The notes below the pieces were generated by a model that worked only from the letters and a program-made list of their open reading frames with translations, had not been told where the DNA came from and did no database searches. This document shows, one piece after another, positions 1 through 13,274 of a stretch of DNA of 64,000 nucleotides; position 1 is the first letter of the stretch; every line of letters starts with the position of its first letter. Location of the stretch: contig NW_003314284.1 in the NCBI RefSeq assembly GCF_000143415.4, forward strand, positions 1,616,674-1,680,673, read 5' to 3'. The stretch is from Selaginella moellendorffii (taxonomy: Eukaryota; Plantae; Lycopodiophyta). Both the position numbers and the translations under genes were made by a program.

Positions 1-220
1 TGTGATTCCCCTAACTAACTAATAGAGTTAGACTTAAAACCTCTTTGGTACCAAATATAAGCTCTTGAATTTGGACTTTCTGGGAAGTTACCTAGCCTAG
101 TTCTATTCAAACCCAAAGAAGCTTAACCTTATGTATCTTAAAACCCTTAACCAATTGAAAAAAAGGGTGCATTTTTGTTTATAGGCCTTTTCCTTTTATA
201 TTTGAACTTCTATAAATCAT
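1..220 (-). repeat. Degenerate LTR-retroelement terminus (family B) with tRNA-Met PBS-like remnant
   Basis: Similar to 45900-46165 and 52285-52400. ctctttggtacca here and ctctaatacca at 45931 and 46008 resemble the reverse complement of the PBS TGGTATCAGAG. Confidence 0.45.
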
Positions 221-240
221 CTCTAGAGTCATTCCCTATG

Positions 241-953
241 ATTGTTTACACTCATGGTAAGGAGCTTAGACTTAAACCCAAGTCTAATGTAAAACAAGGA
301 CAAGCATGCAATCAAGAGCTAGATTATACCTTAGGTCAGTTAGCCATGCCCCACTTACCCACTACGTATTATACATTTGGAACTTGGAACCCCCTCCCCC
401 CCCTCCCCCCTCCCCCCTCCCCCCTCCCTCTAAGGAACACACACTTTGGGCTTTCACCCCAGTCCCAAAAGTTACTTTTTGGGATAATCATAAAAACTTA
501 CTAAATAAAGAATGATGTTAAATTGTGATATTATTGTGTTTAGGATAATCTTTATATCACTAATAGATTTAAACACTTTTTATAAATAGCCAATGGGACC
601 AAATAGAATCAACACATAAGGCATAATAGTGAGGGTGTTTTGTAGGCACAATAAGCTATCATATAGTATATGTGATATTAAGGGATTAGAACTCAATATA
701 TGAGGGTTCTTGTCACTAGCCAGTGCAAGACGTAATGAGATCAAAACTCTTTACCAAACTAAGTATACTTAGTTAATAGTACGAAGGAATTTTGTCTTTA
801 TGCTCATTTAGTCTAAGTACACTCAAAATGCATAGTTAACTCCACTAGCATAAGAGGGACTAATGATCTTCTGCCATTGTGGCAATGAAAGAAAAATATC
901 TAAAAGGACTCACTAACAAGTAACTTTTGATATTTACAATCATATTTGTGACA
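241..953 (+). mobile_element. LTR family A copy, 5'-truncated and degenerate
   Basis: 241-430 aligns to 63840-64000, including tacatttggaacccc and the poly-C tract. 620-953 is the reverse complement of 63093-63430. Ends in tgtgaca. Confidence 0.8.
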
Positions 954-1574
954 CTCTCCCTCGTTTTTTGCTTAAGTGCTTACACTACCTGACATGTTAG
1001 TGATGGTGTTCAAGGAGTGTCTCAATAAGTTCATGGATGCTTATCATAATAAGGCTTGAGGAGCCCTTCATTCTTTAGAATTACTGCAAGCCAAGAAGCA
1101 AGTTTGTCTCTTGGAGGTTCAACTCAAATAGAAGGAATGGAGGCTCAATGGGAAGAGATGTGTATATGTTAAAACCTTGGACAATAGTTAGCATGAATGT
1201 AGTTTTGGCAGGTGTAAGGTAGGAATCCATTGTTTCAAGATGCTTTGGATGTATGGCATTTATTTTTTTTTACATAATAGGGTGGATATAGGGCAATGAC
1301 TTTTTAGAAGAGTGTTCATATCTTTCAGGGATTTATTATGGGTGTATCAATGCTAGGGTGGTCAATGTTAATGGATTTTACTTCAAGTGTTTTTTAAGTT
1401 TTTGTTCCCATCACCAATATTTATATTTTTTAGGAGATAGTCAAGGGGAGGCTAACAAAGAGCTAATCTCTTCCATGGCAATTTTCCATGTATTTAGAAG
1501 TTTCCACTAGTAGTCCAGTAAGTATAAGTTGTTCTATGTTATTGTAAGTAAATATGAATCTCCTTCAAATATAT

Positions 1575-2069
1575 AGTGGAGATAGTGGGTAGGTTGGGCA
1601 TGGCCAACCAACTTAAGGCATAATTTAGCTCCCCGCTTGGATGCTTGTCCTTGTTTTGCATCTGACTTGGGTATAAACTTAAGTTATATACCATGCTTGT
1701 AGTACCTATATCCTTGCATTAAACCACCAAAATGTTGAAAAAACATCAGACTCCATTTGACTCTATTTTGTGTGATAGTTTTAGCATTGGGATGCTATAT
1801 GTTTTAGGATTATTTTAATATCGTTTTGTGCTCTTACTCTTCACTCCTTAGGCTATATGTTTAGGAGTTATTTCATGTTTTGATTCCTTTAAATGTTGAT
1901 TGTATGTTTAAGAGTTTAGCTTTGTCCCTTTGTTCAATGGCCCAAGGCCTTTAAACTCAAGTTTTGCTCCATTACTCTTGGTCCACATGTCCAAAGGTTA
2001 TAATTCCACTCCATGGTTAACCTATAGTAAAACAACATAAGGTAAAGAGTGAAAACCACGTGTGTTACA
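1575..2069 (-). mobile_element. LTR family A fragment (5' half)
   Basis: Reverse complement starts tgtaacacacgtggttttcactcttta, matching 63439 onward, and includes gatagtgggtaggttgggcatggcc. Confidence 0.8.
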
Positions 2070-5000
2070 TGTGGTATTACAGAATTAGTTATAGTGAATA
2101 CTATTTAATAAGATTGGGCAATTAGTCTTATTGAATACACAGAGATGAAAATAATGATTCAAGTGGGTACACATTTGGGTGCTATGGCTTTGCATGCATC
2201 CCAATTTTAGCGTACTAGATTATATGAACTTTTGTTTGGGCTTATAAAATAGATTGAGATACATCATTTACACGAGTTTGTATTTGGGCTTGTGGGGGTA
2301 GCATATTAGCAACTCAAGATTACACTTTGAGTTGGTAGGATTCTATGTTAGTGTATTAGTGGTTAGTATGAGTTGTTCTATATTACTATAGGTAAATGTA
2401 AACCTCCCTTGGGCAAATAAGAAAATAAGCTTGTGGCAAATAAGCTTGTGTATAGCTGTTTAGCACTAGTGGATCCTTCCTAGGCATAATTATATATGGA
2501 TTAATCAAGATTATAAGGATTAGTTTATTAGTTCAAGTAATTAATATTGTGCTTTCTCATGAAATTTTTCTTAGATTGGACTGAAAGTAGCAGTAGGGTT
2601 GGCAGCCCATCTTTATCTCTCCTTGATGAAGCTTAAGATTTAGTCAAAATTGAGACCGAGAAAAGAGTAATTAAAGATGAAGGATCAAACATGTAAATCA
2701 TTTTCTCTTCTTCAAGAGATGATTTACAATGAAGTGTGATCTCATTACTTATGTTCACATCATACAATCATGAGTTCCTACCTTGATGTATATTAGCTAT
2801 AATAGCCCTACAGGTGGTAAGTCATGGGATGGATAGTAATGAAATGCTAAACCATTTTGTCTAAGCTTGTTATTGGAAGTTTTGTCTTACATGCTCAATT
2901 CTTTTTCAAGTAACCATGTTGAGTAGTTTGGTGTTAGATTAGTTTTGAATTTGGTCAGAAATAGATTGACATAAACTTATTTATATTGTGAACAAAGTTG
3001 GTGGTGTTAAGTACTATAAATCTTTGTTAGTGGAATATGGCATTTATGTTGCATTTTGTCAAATTAAGTTGGCACTTGATACTCACATAAACCTTTATAG
3101 TAGTGGCACAAGCATTGCTTGTGGTATTGCTCAATTGATGATTAAGTCATTGTGTTACTTATATGATATCCATGTGACCGTGAGCAATATGTTTATAAAG
3201 TTGTTTAATCAAATAATGATCAGCCCTAAAGTGGAGCTAATTTATTTGCGTGTAGTAGTATTATAGTAGTTTTAACTAGATTCTCAAAGGTAATTCATTA
3301 TGTTAGGTTAAAGGGGGGTACTTTGGTTTTGCCCATTAAGGTTTTGAAAAGAGTTATAGCATTCATTTGCTATAATTTGTTAGTCTATCCATTAGCATTT
3401 AGAATAAATTGTTGGATGAAAAAAGTGTATAATTGAGACATTAGTATTGTTATCACACTTATGTTAGTGAAAGTGACATTGTTATATTAAGTGACGATGA
3501 ATTTTCCTTAGGGCTTGATTTTTTGTGTCATTTTTGTTGTTATTGGTTTCATATTCAATCTTGAAAGTGATTAAAGAAGAATATTAGTACAATATGGATA
3601 TGCAAAGATATGGCCTTTGTAATTGAGTCTTGGGTGTTCATTTTACATTTTCTAGATGTTGATGTTAGATAGCGAATATATAGGCATGATGTTTGAAGCC
3701 TAGGCATTTTGTTAGATCATGAGAATTTATGTTAAAATGAAACTATGTGAAATTGTAAGTAGAAGGAAGTTGATTAAGTCTTCAAAATTTGCATTTCTAG
3801 ACTAAGAGTCATTCTTTCTCTAGGATGGAAGTTTTTTTACAAATTTTCTTAGACTTTTCCAATGGCTGATTTATTGATTATCTTATTTGAAAACTATTCA
3901 GTTTTTATGAGTTATTATGAATTAGTGAAGGTGTTGGAGTTCATTTTTGTAAGATGTAGCCCAAAAGAAATGTTAGCTTTTGGAGCTAAAACAATTGAGT
4001 TGGATTAAATCTAGAATTAGTTTAGAAAAGTGGCTATTGCACTTTATTAGAAAGATGACATTATTAGACTTTATAAGAGTAGTGAACTTTCATTGATCTT
4101 GATTTAATTTTGGTGGCTCTATGCTTTAGCTGAGGATGGTGATGTTTAACTTAGTTATTTATGGTTAAAATGTTAGTACATGTATTATGGTATTATCTAT
4201 TAGAAGGTTGTATACCATATAAGTCCATCTCATGGTCTTCATTTTAGTTTCAATTGAATGTCAATCATGCATATCTAGCCTCTTCAGTTATGCTTAGAGC
4301 TATTGGCTAAATATGTTAGTGGGTTTATTAGTGTTTGATTAGATTCGAGCAATTATTTTTTTTATACTTGTATATGTTCCTATATATTATACTGGGGTGT
4401 TACTTTTCTATTGGACAAGTATATGACAAGAGTTTAGTGTTTAGGTCTTACAAAGGCAAATTGAAAAATGATTATTGGTTTCTTTGTGACTAAAGATTAC
4501 TTATAGACTTTATTAAGGATTATTGACATTTATTTCACTCGATGATGATTTAGAAATGATAGGCTTATTACTAGATAGTGTTGCGAAAAATCATATTCTT
4601 GAGCTTTCATGTTTTTTTTACATATTAGCATATTAATTTCACCTTTATTAATATTGTTTAGTTACATTTAGTCTATAGTGTTAGATTGCATTGAGTGGTG
4701 TTTCACTTTTTGATGATGTGTTATCTATAGCTAAATATTGTTGAAAGATTAATTTGAAATACTAAGTAAAGTATCTTTAACCTTAGTTAGCTTGGTTACT
4801 AAAGAGGTTTGAGTGGTGATTCTCTTTTGGTTTCTTTTAGCTTTGTTTTAGTGTTGATAGCATTAAAGTGATGCCTTAGTATCGACATTGTTAGAGTTTT
4901 GATTATAGTGGGATGAGATATTTCTCGATGAGCATTTTGAAAAGTTTAGTTTTCCATTTATGGTGATTTGGATGGTTGGTGATTAGTTGGAGTTTATTGG

Positions 5001-7500
5001 AGATAGATATTATATTTTGTTAATCTCGATGATGATGGTGTTAATACTTTAACTATACCTTTATATTGTTAGCATTAATGCATTTACTAGTTAGCAACTA
5101 TATTGGCATTCAAACGAACTAAGTAGCAAGTTGAGTTAGTTTTGTTTTAAACAAGATTGTTTAGTAAGAATTGAGATTTAGTTTTTCCTTGAAATGTGAT
5201 TTAGTTATAGACTATATTAGCTTTATAAGAAAAAAAGTTAGTCATCGATTAGAGTTGTTAGTTTCTTGTTAGATTTGCATTAAAATTATATTAATCGTTG
5301 ATGATTTTTATTGTCCTTGCTATAAAGTGAGTTATGTCTTGTTATGGATAGATGGATTCATAAAAAATTGGTTTAGTGATCACTTGTTGAGCATAACTTT
5401 ATTGTGTTTGGCTTTCGGATTAATGCAAATATGTTTTCCATAATGTTACATTGTGAACACATATGCACTAAGGAAGGAAATCCTAAGTTGTCATTTAGTC
5501 AAGCATAATTAAGACGGTGATGAAAAACTCATGATATTGATTTGCACTTGCTAGTCTTGGGAACCCTCTGCGATATTGAATTTGGTCCCTCAATATTCGG
5601 TAAATGATAACTTACTGTGTTTGCCAAACACCCTCTCTATCATACACCTTGCGGTCTCAAATGCTATTTATGGAAAGTATCTAAATTTTCTCATTTGGCA
5701 TATTTATAAACTGTAAAGATTGTCCTAAACACAGTGGTGTTCTTCCTGTGTCTAAATTCACAATTTAAAAATATTCCATATTTAATAAGTTTCAAGCTTG
5801 TTCTAAAGACTAACTCCTAACACTAAAGGTGGCTGAGGGGGGGGCAAAGGCAGGGGCAAGGGCTATAAGGGGTTTACGGGGTTCCAAATGTATAGTAGGG
5901 ATAGTGGGTAGGTTAGGTATTGCTGACCAACTTGAGGTATAGTTTAGTTCCCATTTTTGTACCTATCCTTGTTCTGCATCCGGTTTGGGTCTAAGCCCAA
6001 GTTCCACACCATGTTAGTTGGTGGAGTATATATATCCTCGTGTTAGGCCACCAATATGCTGAAATAGTGCTCGACTCCATTTGGCTCCGTTTTACTACCC
6101 CTAGCATTGGGATGCTAGATACTCTAGGACTGTTCCAAGTCATTCTCTACTCTTGTCCTTTTACTTCTTGGGCTGTACACTCGGGAGTTGTTCCATACTC
6201 TAGTTTCGTCACTCCTTGGCTCCATATTTAGGAGTTTGGCTCCATTCCTTCCTTCAGTGGCCCAAGGCCCTGAAACTCAGGTTCCACACCACTATCCTTA
6301 GGACATATGGTATATGGCACATGGCATGTGATATATAGTATATAAAGGGTTTAGGCTCTACTTTATAGTTATCCTATGGTAAATTACTATAGGATAAAGG
6401 GTGAAAACCACATACGCTACATTTATGGATATATTAAAGAGGATATTATGGTCGTATTATAATTTCTTCTTTAACACTGAAGTTTGTTAATGCTAAATTT
6501 GTGATTATGGTTATTCGAGACTTCATTATAGTATTTTTTCAAGCTTTTAGTTCTTTAAGTTGTCATACTCAATGTTCCATTTTTTAGGAAGGCATTTTGG
6601 CTTATTAGCATAAATATTGAAGTTAGTTTTTATGTCTAACACTCATTAATGATGATTAACTATCATCTTGGGATAGTTGATTATCCTTGTTAAAGGTCTT
6701 GCATCATTATTATTGATGTTAGATGGTTTGTCATTTTTAAAGATTGTAGATTCTTCTTCGATAATGATTGTATATTTTTCTTGATGGAATAATCGATAAT
6801 CTTTTGTGATGGTTAGTTGTTATCTTGATAATTTTTGGCTTTTGCATTACTATATATTATTTGTGGTTTACTTTAGATTGGTCTCTTGGGTTTGAGATAT
6901 GAATAAGATGTTACTAATGTTTATTTTAGCAACTTTAGTTCCTTAATATTATTGATTGGGATTTCTTTAGATTAGCTAGAGTGGCATTTGGTATGAATGA
7001 GTGTTTATTGGCTCTAACTATATTACTGACGTTAGCTCTAATAGTTTTGGATGTTATTTCTTTTAAGTGATATATTCACAAATATTTTACTTGTCAATCA
7101 ATGATACTTTGGGTTCTTCAAGCTGTCTTTTATAAGTTTTTTAGTATTATATTTGTAATTTTTGGTAATTAAATATTATTATTGAGTTTTCTTGAAGATA
7201 AACTTGCTATTAATTTTTTTTGATGGTTAATGATATGATTTTAAGCTATAGTGATCTTGGTAGTTCCTAAATTATAATCTTGATTTATTAGCTGATAACT
7301 AAATAGGAATACTCTTGTGTTCTAATATAAAATTTATTCATTGATCGTTTGATATCTCTTAGATATTTTTGTCTATAACTTTGATATGCTCCATCTATTG
7401 ATTTTTGGGTTTGAGTTAATATATGTAAATTGGTTTTAAGTCATGGGGTAGTTATTGTCAACTTATCACATAATCTGCCTCTCTCATGATGTTTCTAATT
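2070..7500 (+). mobile_element. Highly decayed multicopy element of unknown class with protein-kinase-like motif remnants, interrupted by an LTR A copy
   Basis: 4065-4270 recurs at 59095-59300, and 5090-5195 recurs split across 52635-52653 and 55262-55349. Remnant codons read HCYIK* near 3477 and DV*SLGILL at 3688-3714. Confidence 0.4.
5452..6421 (-). mobile_element. LTR family A copy (large fragment)
   Basis: Ends cgctaca at 6421, the reverse complement of the LTR start tgtagcg. Collinear with 63250-63438 and with the reverse complement of 63439-64000. Confidence 0.85.
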
Positions 7501-7914
7501 CTATTTTAAAGGCTGCATAAAAACCTATAATTACCTATTTACAGTAATTTATCTAAACCTTACTAATAGATTTAGTTTGTTTTTTCATGAAGGTTTAGGG
7601 TTTTTTCATGCTTTATATCATCTACATGCAGAGGCATATCATCTTTTGTAAGTTAGATGACACCTAGAATAATAAGGGTGGTAGAATTCATATGTTATTT
7701 TTTTATCAGTGATAATCGAAAAATGTCTAAATCATAGCACATTTGCCTAAGATAAAGAGGTTACCCTTAATTCATTTAAATTGGTATATTTCTCATAAAG
7801 TGTGAATTTTCTTTTGTTAAGAATGATTTAAACTAGAGTATGCATTAATGAAGATGTCAATTTTCCCTAGACCTTTTAATTCTTTGAGTAAAAGTTAAAC
7901 AGCCTAATGGATGA

Positions 7915-8868
7915 GAGCATCTTCAAATGCCTAAATACTCTAGTGACCTACTTCTGTCTTCATCACTGTTCAAGATTCCTAAAGAAAAACTTTGATTAAT
8001 CTCTTTAATGCGTAGTGGGATGAAAGACTAGAACAAACTACCATAACTTAGTGTCCCTTCCTTCAGGAGCTGGAACTTATTTACCATCTTCACCTTTCAC
8101 AGCATCAAGATCACCTACCTCTTTCTCACTACTTCTCATGTCCCCTTCACAAAAATTTCTGTGCTTTCTTCATTCTTGTCCATTTCCCTCCTGCACTTTA
8201 CAAATTCCACTGCTTTTGCCATTGGAACTTACTCAGAAACTCTAGAAACATTTCTAGGAGATAGATTGAGGAGAGGTTACTCTTGAGCTGGAGATAATTG
8301 TCTTGTATCGATCCGGCTCTAGCCACAGCTTCAGCAGATTTAACAGTACTCCACCTGGTGTACACCTTCGTGAGCCACCCTGTGTCATTTGGCCACCATT
8401 TTTCTCAATATTGTCTACCTTAAGAGAAGAAAGAAAGCCTAGTTAGTCCCTCTATTCAGAAAAGAGAGAAAAAGCCTCTTTCACAAGTTCGTTCACCATC
8501 TTCATCCCCAGCATTTCTACTGCCATTCCAACCACTTCATCTTGTTTAGATGTTTACACACTGCGTGAAAAACAGAAAGGAAAAAAGATGAGAAACGAGA
8601 AATCCTGGAAGAGACAGAAGAAAAGAACACTGGAGTTCCCATCGGAAGAATCCTGTGCCTTCCTTCGTGACTGTGCCAATCTCTTCTTCTTGCTGCTTAG
8701 CTGCGCCTGATAAACAACGTGAAGAGCAAGAGAGAGAATAAGAGCAAAGACGATTATCCTATGGTGCACGCGAAAAGGTCAGATCCACACAAACCAAATC
8801 AAACGCAGAACAGCCGATGTCGATCTTCCAGGCTTTGGATCAGTCGCCATAGACGCACTCTCCGCCAT
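7915..8868 (-). pseudogene. PHAX: PHAX (phosphorylated adaptor for RNA export) RNA-binding-domain gene, probably pseudogenised
   Basis: Exon 8418-8281 translates VDNIEKNGGQMTQGGSRRCTPGGVLLNLLKLWLEPDRYKTII, the PHAX RBD motif GG..T..G.RRRTPGGV..NLLK. The upstream exon (MAVEMLGMKMVNELVKE) has an in-frame stop or frameshift and a GC donor. Candidate ATG at 8868; the 3' boundary is approximate. Confidence 0.7.
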
Positions 8869-9052
8869 TTCTTTCAAGTTTGGATAATAACATTAGAATG
8901 GAATTAAGATGATCGAAAACGTAATAAGCCAAGCCTTTTTAGCATTGGGTTACTGATCACGGCCTATGTTCTTTAAATTTCACAAAAGAGAGAAAAGTTC
9001 CACTTCAAATTAGTGATATAGGCTCGCGCATTCACAACAAAAACCAAACTCT

Positions 9053-9797
9053 CTACTCCGCAAGAGCACCAGGAGCACTGGGCCCTCCGAAGCCACCACC
9101 ACCGCGTCCAAACCCAGTTCTCGGCCCCTGCTACCCACAATCACACCCGAATCAGCCACGAAACCACAAAGAAAGAAATCGACCGTACCCTGAAAGAAGG
9201 TTGGAATTCTGGTGGAACTCCTCCCTTGTCCCCGAATCCTCCTCCTCGAGGGCCGCTTCTGTAGCCCTCACGATCGCCAAACCTCGGCCGGTCGCCCTCG
9301 TATCGTGGAGGACCTCTGAAAACAACAGGGAGAAAAGCTTAGAACTTCGAACTAGAAAGAGAACTACCATAAACTCTAAGAGAAACAAAGAGAAAAAACG
9401 AACCTCGGGGGCTGCTGGGGCATGGGACGCCCAGGTGGCCTCGCGGATTTCTTGAGCGTCGCGGGCACAATCTCCGACGGGAGATTCAAGAACGTCCGCA
9501 AGTACTCGATGCCATCGTTGGTGAGGTACCAGTAGTAGTACGTCCACGCGAACGATTCCTTGACATACTCCTTGGACTTGAAGCTCTGCATGAGCTTGAT
9601 CACCTGGAGATTGGGGACATCGATCTCCGGGTGCTTGGGGAGATTGTAGTCCTTCTTGGCGTAGAGGACGCCCTCTGCGCCGAACAATTGGGGAGAAATC
9701 TCGGATTAGAAAAAAGGGAGAAATGCGCGAGCTAGATCCCCTCACCTTTGAACAGGTACTTGTACACCTCCACGCGGTTCTTCTTGGAGATCAACAT
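9053..9797 (-). CDS. RPS10: 40S ribosomal protein S10 (eS10), 4 exons
   Basis: [17 protein letters not shown]|[76 protein letters not shown] followed by a Gly/Arg-rich tail. GT-AG introns; TAG at 9053-9055. Confidence 0.97.
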
Positions 9798-9932
9798 CGC
9801 GGCGCCTCCTCCAGCCTCCGCGCAAGCGCCGCTATCTAGGGCCGGCCACACAAACCACACAAGAACCCTAAAAGCCCCCCAGGAACCCTAGGTTTATAAC
9901 AGTTATAAAAAGCTCCGTGAATTTCTCTGGCT
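9798..9932. promoter_or_regulatory. Putative bidirectional promoter (RPS10/TDT) with telobox-like motifs
   Basis: 135 bp between divergent ATGs; contains aaccctaa and aaccctaggttt. Confidence 0.55.
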
Positions 9933-12869
9933 ATGGAGGATCCCAGCGAGGAGCCGCTACTCGGGCAGCAGCAGGGGCAACGCGCAATTGGGCTTCTCAG
10001 AGCGTGGAGAATTCTCACCGCCTACAAGCGCGCAATCTCCATCGCGCTCGGCCCCCTGGCCGCGCTGCTCATCCTCCTCTGCGTCAAGATTCACGGCGAT
10101 CGCGGCGGCCCCGCGTCGCGAATGCTGGCGATCCTGGCCTGGATCTGCATCTGGTGGGTGAGCGAGGCCATCCCGATCGCGATCACGTCGCTGGCGCCCC
10201 TCTGCCTCCTCCCGGCCATGGAGCTCGCCAGCGCCGACGACGTCGCCATGAGCTACATGAACGACACCATCACCATCTTCATCGGCTCCTTCGTCCTCGC
10301 GCTCGCGGTGGAGCGCTACCAGGTCCATCGCCGCCTCGCGCTCCGGATGCTCCTCTTCTTCGGCGGATCCAAGATGGATCCCCGGCTGGTGCTGCTGGGA
10401 TTCTGCGCAGGCCCGGCATTCGTCTCGATGTGGATCTCCAACACCGCCGCCGCGATCATGATGGTCCCCATGTCAATCGGTGTTCTTCACAAGCTCGAGA
10501 GCGGCCATATCTCCTACATCCAGTCCCACTCGCTGTGCCCGACCTGTGGAGCCGAGGACGTCCAGCGCCTCGAATCGGTCCCTTCCATTCCATCCGGCAA
10601 CCTTCCTCCTCTATCGCCCGCCGGGGGGGCCGAGGATGACGATCGCAAGAACAACAACTCCTCGAGGCTGTCCAAGCAAAACTCCTTCTTCTCCCGCGAC
10701 TTCAACATCCATCTCTTGATGAACAAGGAGGAGGTCGCGGCGGAGGTGGCGCACATCGCCAACTTTGGCCGCGCGGTGGTGATGGCGATTATGTTCTCGG
10801 TGACCATCGGGGGCCTCGCGACGCTCACCGGGTCGAGCACCAATATGATACTCTCGGGGATGTGGAGCCGGGAGTTTCCATCGGCCGCTCCCGTGACTTA
10901 CTTGCAGTGGTTCTTGTTTGGCTTCCCCTTGGCGCTGTGCTTGCTGATCTTTTGCTGGGGGATGCTGTGCCTTCGCTACTGCCGGGCCGCAGCTGTTCCG
11001 GCCATCTCTCACTCGCTCAACCGCGCTAGCATCGAGGAGGAGTATACTTCTCTCGGTAAGCATTCTCTGATCGATGTCTTTCTTTTCGGATCAGGCATTG
11101 TTTCCTTGTTCCTCTTTCGACGGCGTTGTGTTCTTGCATACGAAGTCACGGTTTTGGCGTTGCTTGAGTTTGTTTCGAGTCGTTTTCTCTTTCTTCTTCG
11201 CAGCTTCATCCCACTTTCTCTGAGAGTTTATATTCCTTTGAGCTCATCCCTTTCATCCCAATTGGAAGCGTTCTCATGCTCTTCGCTTTCCACACTTTGA
11301 TGATTCTCTCAAAGCTGGGGCTTTTGCATTCAAGACTCTCTTGTTTGTTTTGTTTCCTTCTCCCGTGTAGCATCACTTGTCGCGTCTGGTCTTTCTTCAA
11401 TGCATGGTACGTATGCTTCGATGCCGCGTGTCCTTGTGCAGATCCGGCATAAACATCACTGCTTCGGCGGCTTGCAATTGTCTAGTATCAAGATATTACC
11501 TTCCCAGCTTATATTATTTTCTGATCGTACTCTAATCGTCGTTTCAACGCTGCAGGGCCTACAAGCTTTGCCGAGGCCTCGGTGCTAAGCCTGTTCGTCA
11601 TATTGGCCGCATTGTGGCTGACGCGGTCACTTGGAACTGTGGGAGGATGGGGTCAGCTCTTCGATGGCTACGTTGGCGATGGCAGTGTCAGCGTAAGTAA
11701 TCAGCTCAAACTCTCTAGTTGCCGCCGGCACCTCTTCCCTTTTCTTCCACTTTTTCTTTTCTCATTCCAATCTCTATCGATCCGTGGCGTGTTGTTGGTG
11801 TGGGGTCTTGCTGCTGGCTGCTATGATATTTCTCTCTTTCTTTTTCTCGCTTTTGTTTTTGTGGTTCCCGGTCGAATCCAAGGAAAGCGTGTTCTCGTGA
11901 AAGCTGACTCCTCGTTTGTCCCGTTTGCTGGATCGATCAGATTTTGGTGGCCACGCTTCTTTTCGTCATCCCCAACAAGCTCGCTCCTGGAGAAATGCTC
12001 ATGGATTGGCCTAGCTGCAAGAAACTTCCGTGGGATATTGTCTTGCTCCTGGGTGGCGGTAAGCCCTGTTTTAAGCCTGACTCTAAGTCATAACTTAGAA
12101 CTGGAGAGAACTAACCTTCCGAATCGAAACCATAGTCATGGTGACTATGATCGCGGTGATCAAGCTTCAACCGCGATGATCCCAATCTCTATCTCACAGA
12201 TGAGAGAACGCGCGGTACGTTGAGCTGACTAGCAAAAGGCTCTCTTCACAGAACTTGTTATAATCCATAGACGTAGAGTCCTCGCTTTGATCATCGATCT
12301 AAAGCTTCTTCTTTTCTTATCTCTCAGGCTTTGCTCTCGCGGAGGGGATCGAGACGAGTGGATTGTCCGCGTGGATGACTCAAAACATGGGCTTCCTCAA
12401 CTCGGCTCCATACTTGCTCGTCGCCCCGGCGGCCGGGCTGCTCGTGAGCATCACCACCGAGTTTACGTCCAACAACGCCACCGCCACCATCTTTCTCCCG
12501 CTGCTCGCCGACATCGCGCTCTCCATTGGAATCCACCCCCTCTACATGATGCTCACGGGCACCATCACGGCATCCTTCGCGTTCATGCTCCCGATCGCCA
12601 CTCCTCCAAATGCCATCGCCTTCTCCACAGGCTACTTGAGAATCGTTGATACTTTAACCATGGGACTGGTGCTCAAACTCTTTGGCCTCGTCGCTATCTC
12701 GATTCTCATGCCAACTCTCGGTAAGATTTTTATTTTATTTGATCTTTTCGTTAGCTTTTTTGCGCACTTTTTCTCTTTCGTTTTCTCGCGAATTTTTTCT
12801 GACCATGTGCTTTGTATCTCTCGTACAGGAGCTCTCGTGTTTGGACTCAATCAGCCACTTTCAAAGTGA
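9933..12869 (+). CDS. TDT: Tonoplast dicarboxylate transporter (SLC13/DASS family), 5 exons
   Basis: Motifs [64 protein letters not shown] and [14 protein letters not shown], distributed over GT-AG-joined exons. Confidence 0.93.
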
Positions 12870-13274
12870 GAGAGTTTATACGAATCAAAGTATATAGCAT
12901 CACATATGCTGTACGACATGTTAGGTGGCAGCCCCTGCGACCGGCTGCTCCCGGTCGCTTGCGCTTTTCGCCGGCGACCTGGACATTACGTAATAGAATT
13001 GCCTTCCGTTACGCTTCCGCATTTTAGTGGCCAGAGCACTTCCTTGGGCGGCTGTGTCGTTGGCGGAGAAGAAGAGGGGAAATGGGCGATGGTGCCGTGC
13101 TTCACTGTTTGTAAGTGGGAGGTATCTTCGCGGAGCACTGCGACGGTCATTCGTACGGGCGGGCGATCTTTCTAGCTCCACCGATCGCCATTCCAATCGG
13201 CACAGCAGCAGGATTCCAGTAAGAGCCCTAATCTCTCTTCTCTCCGTGTAGCAAGATCGACTGGAGAGCCAGCG

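Noticed and set aside
175-515. Poly-proline ORFs
   Set aside because: They are translations of the poly-C tract inside an LTR remnant.
12131-12177. Two adjacent 8-bp hairpins in a TDT intron (catagtca/tgactatg and atcgcggt/accgcgat)
   Set aside because: Too short for a miRNA precursor, and no convincing snoRNA box arrangement, so an ncRNA call is unsupported.
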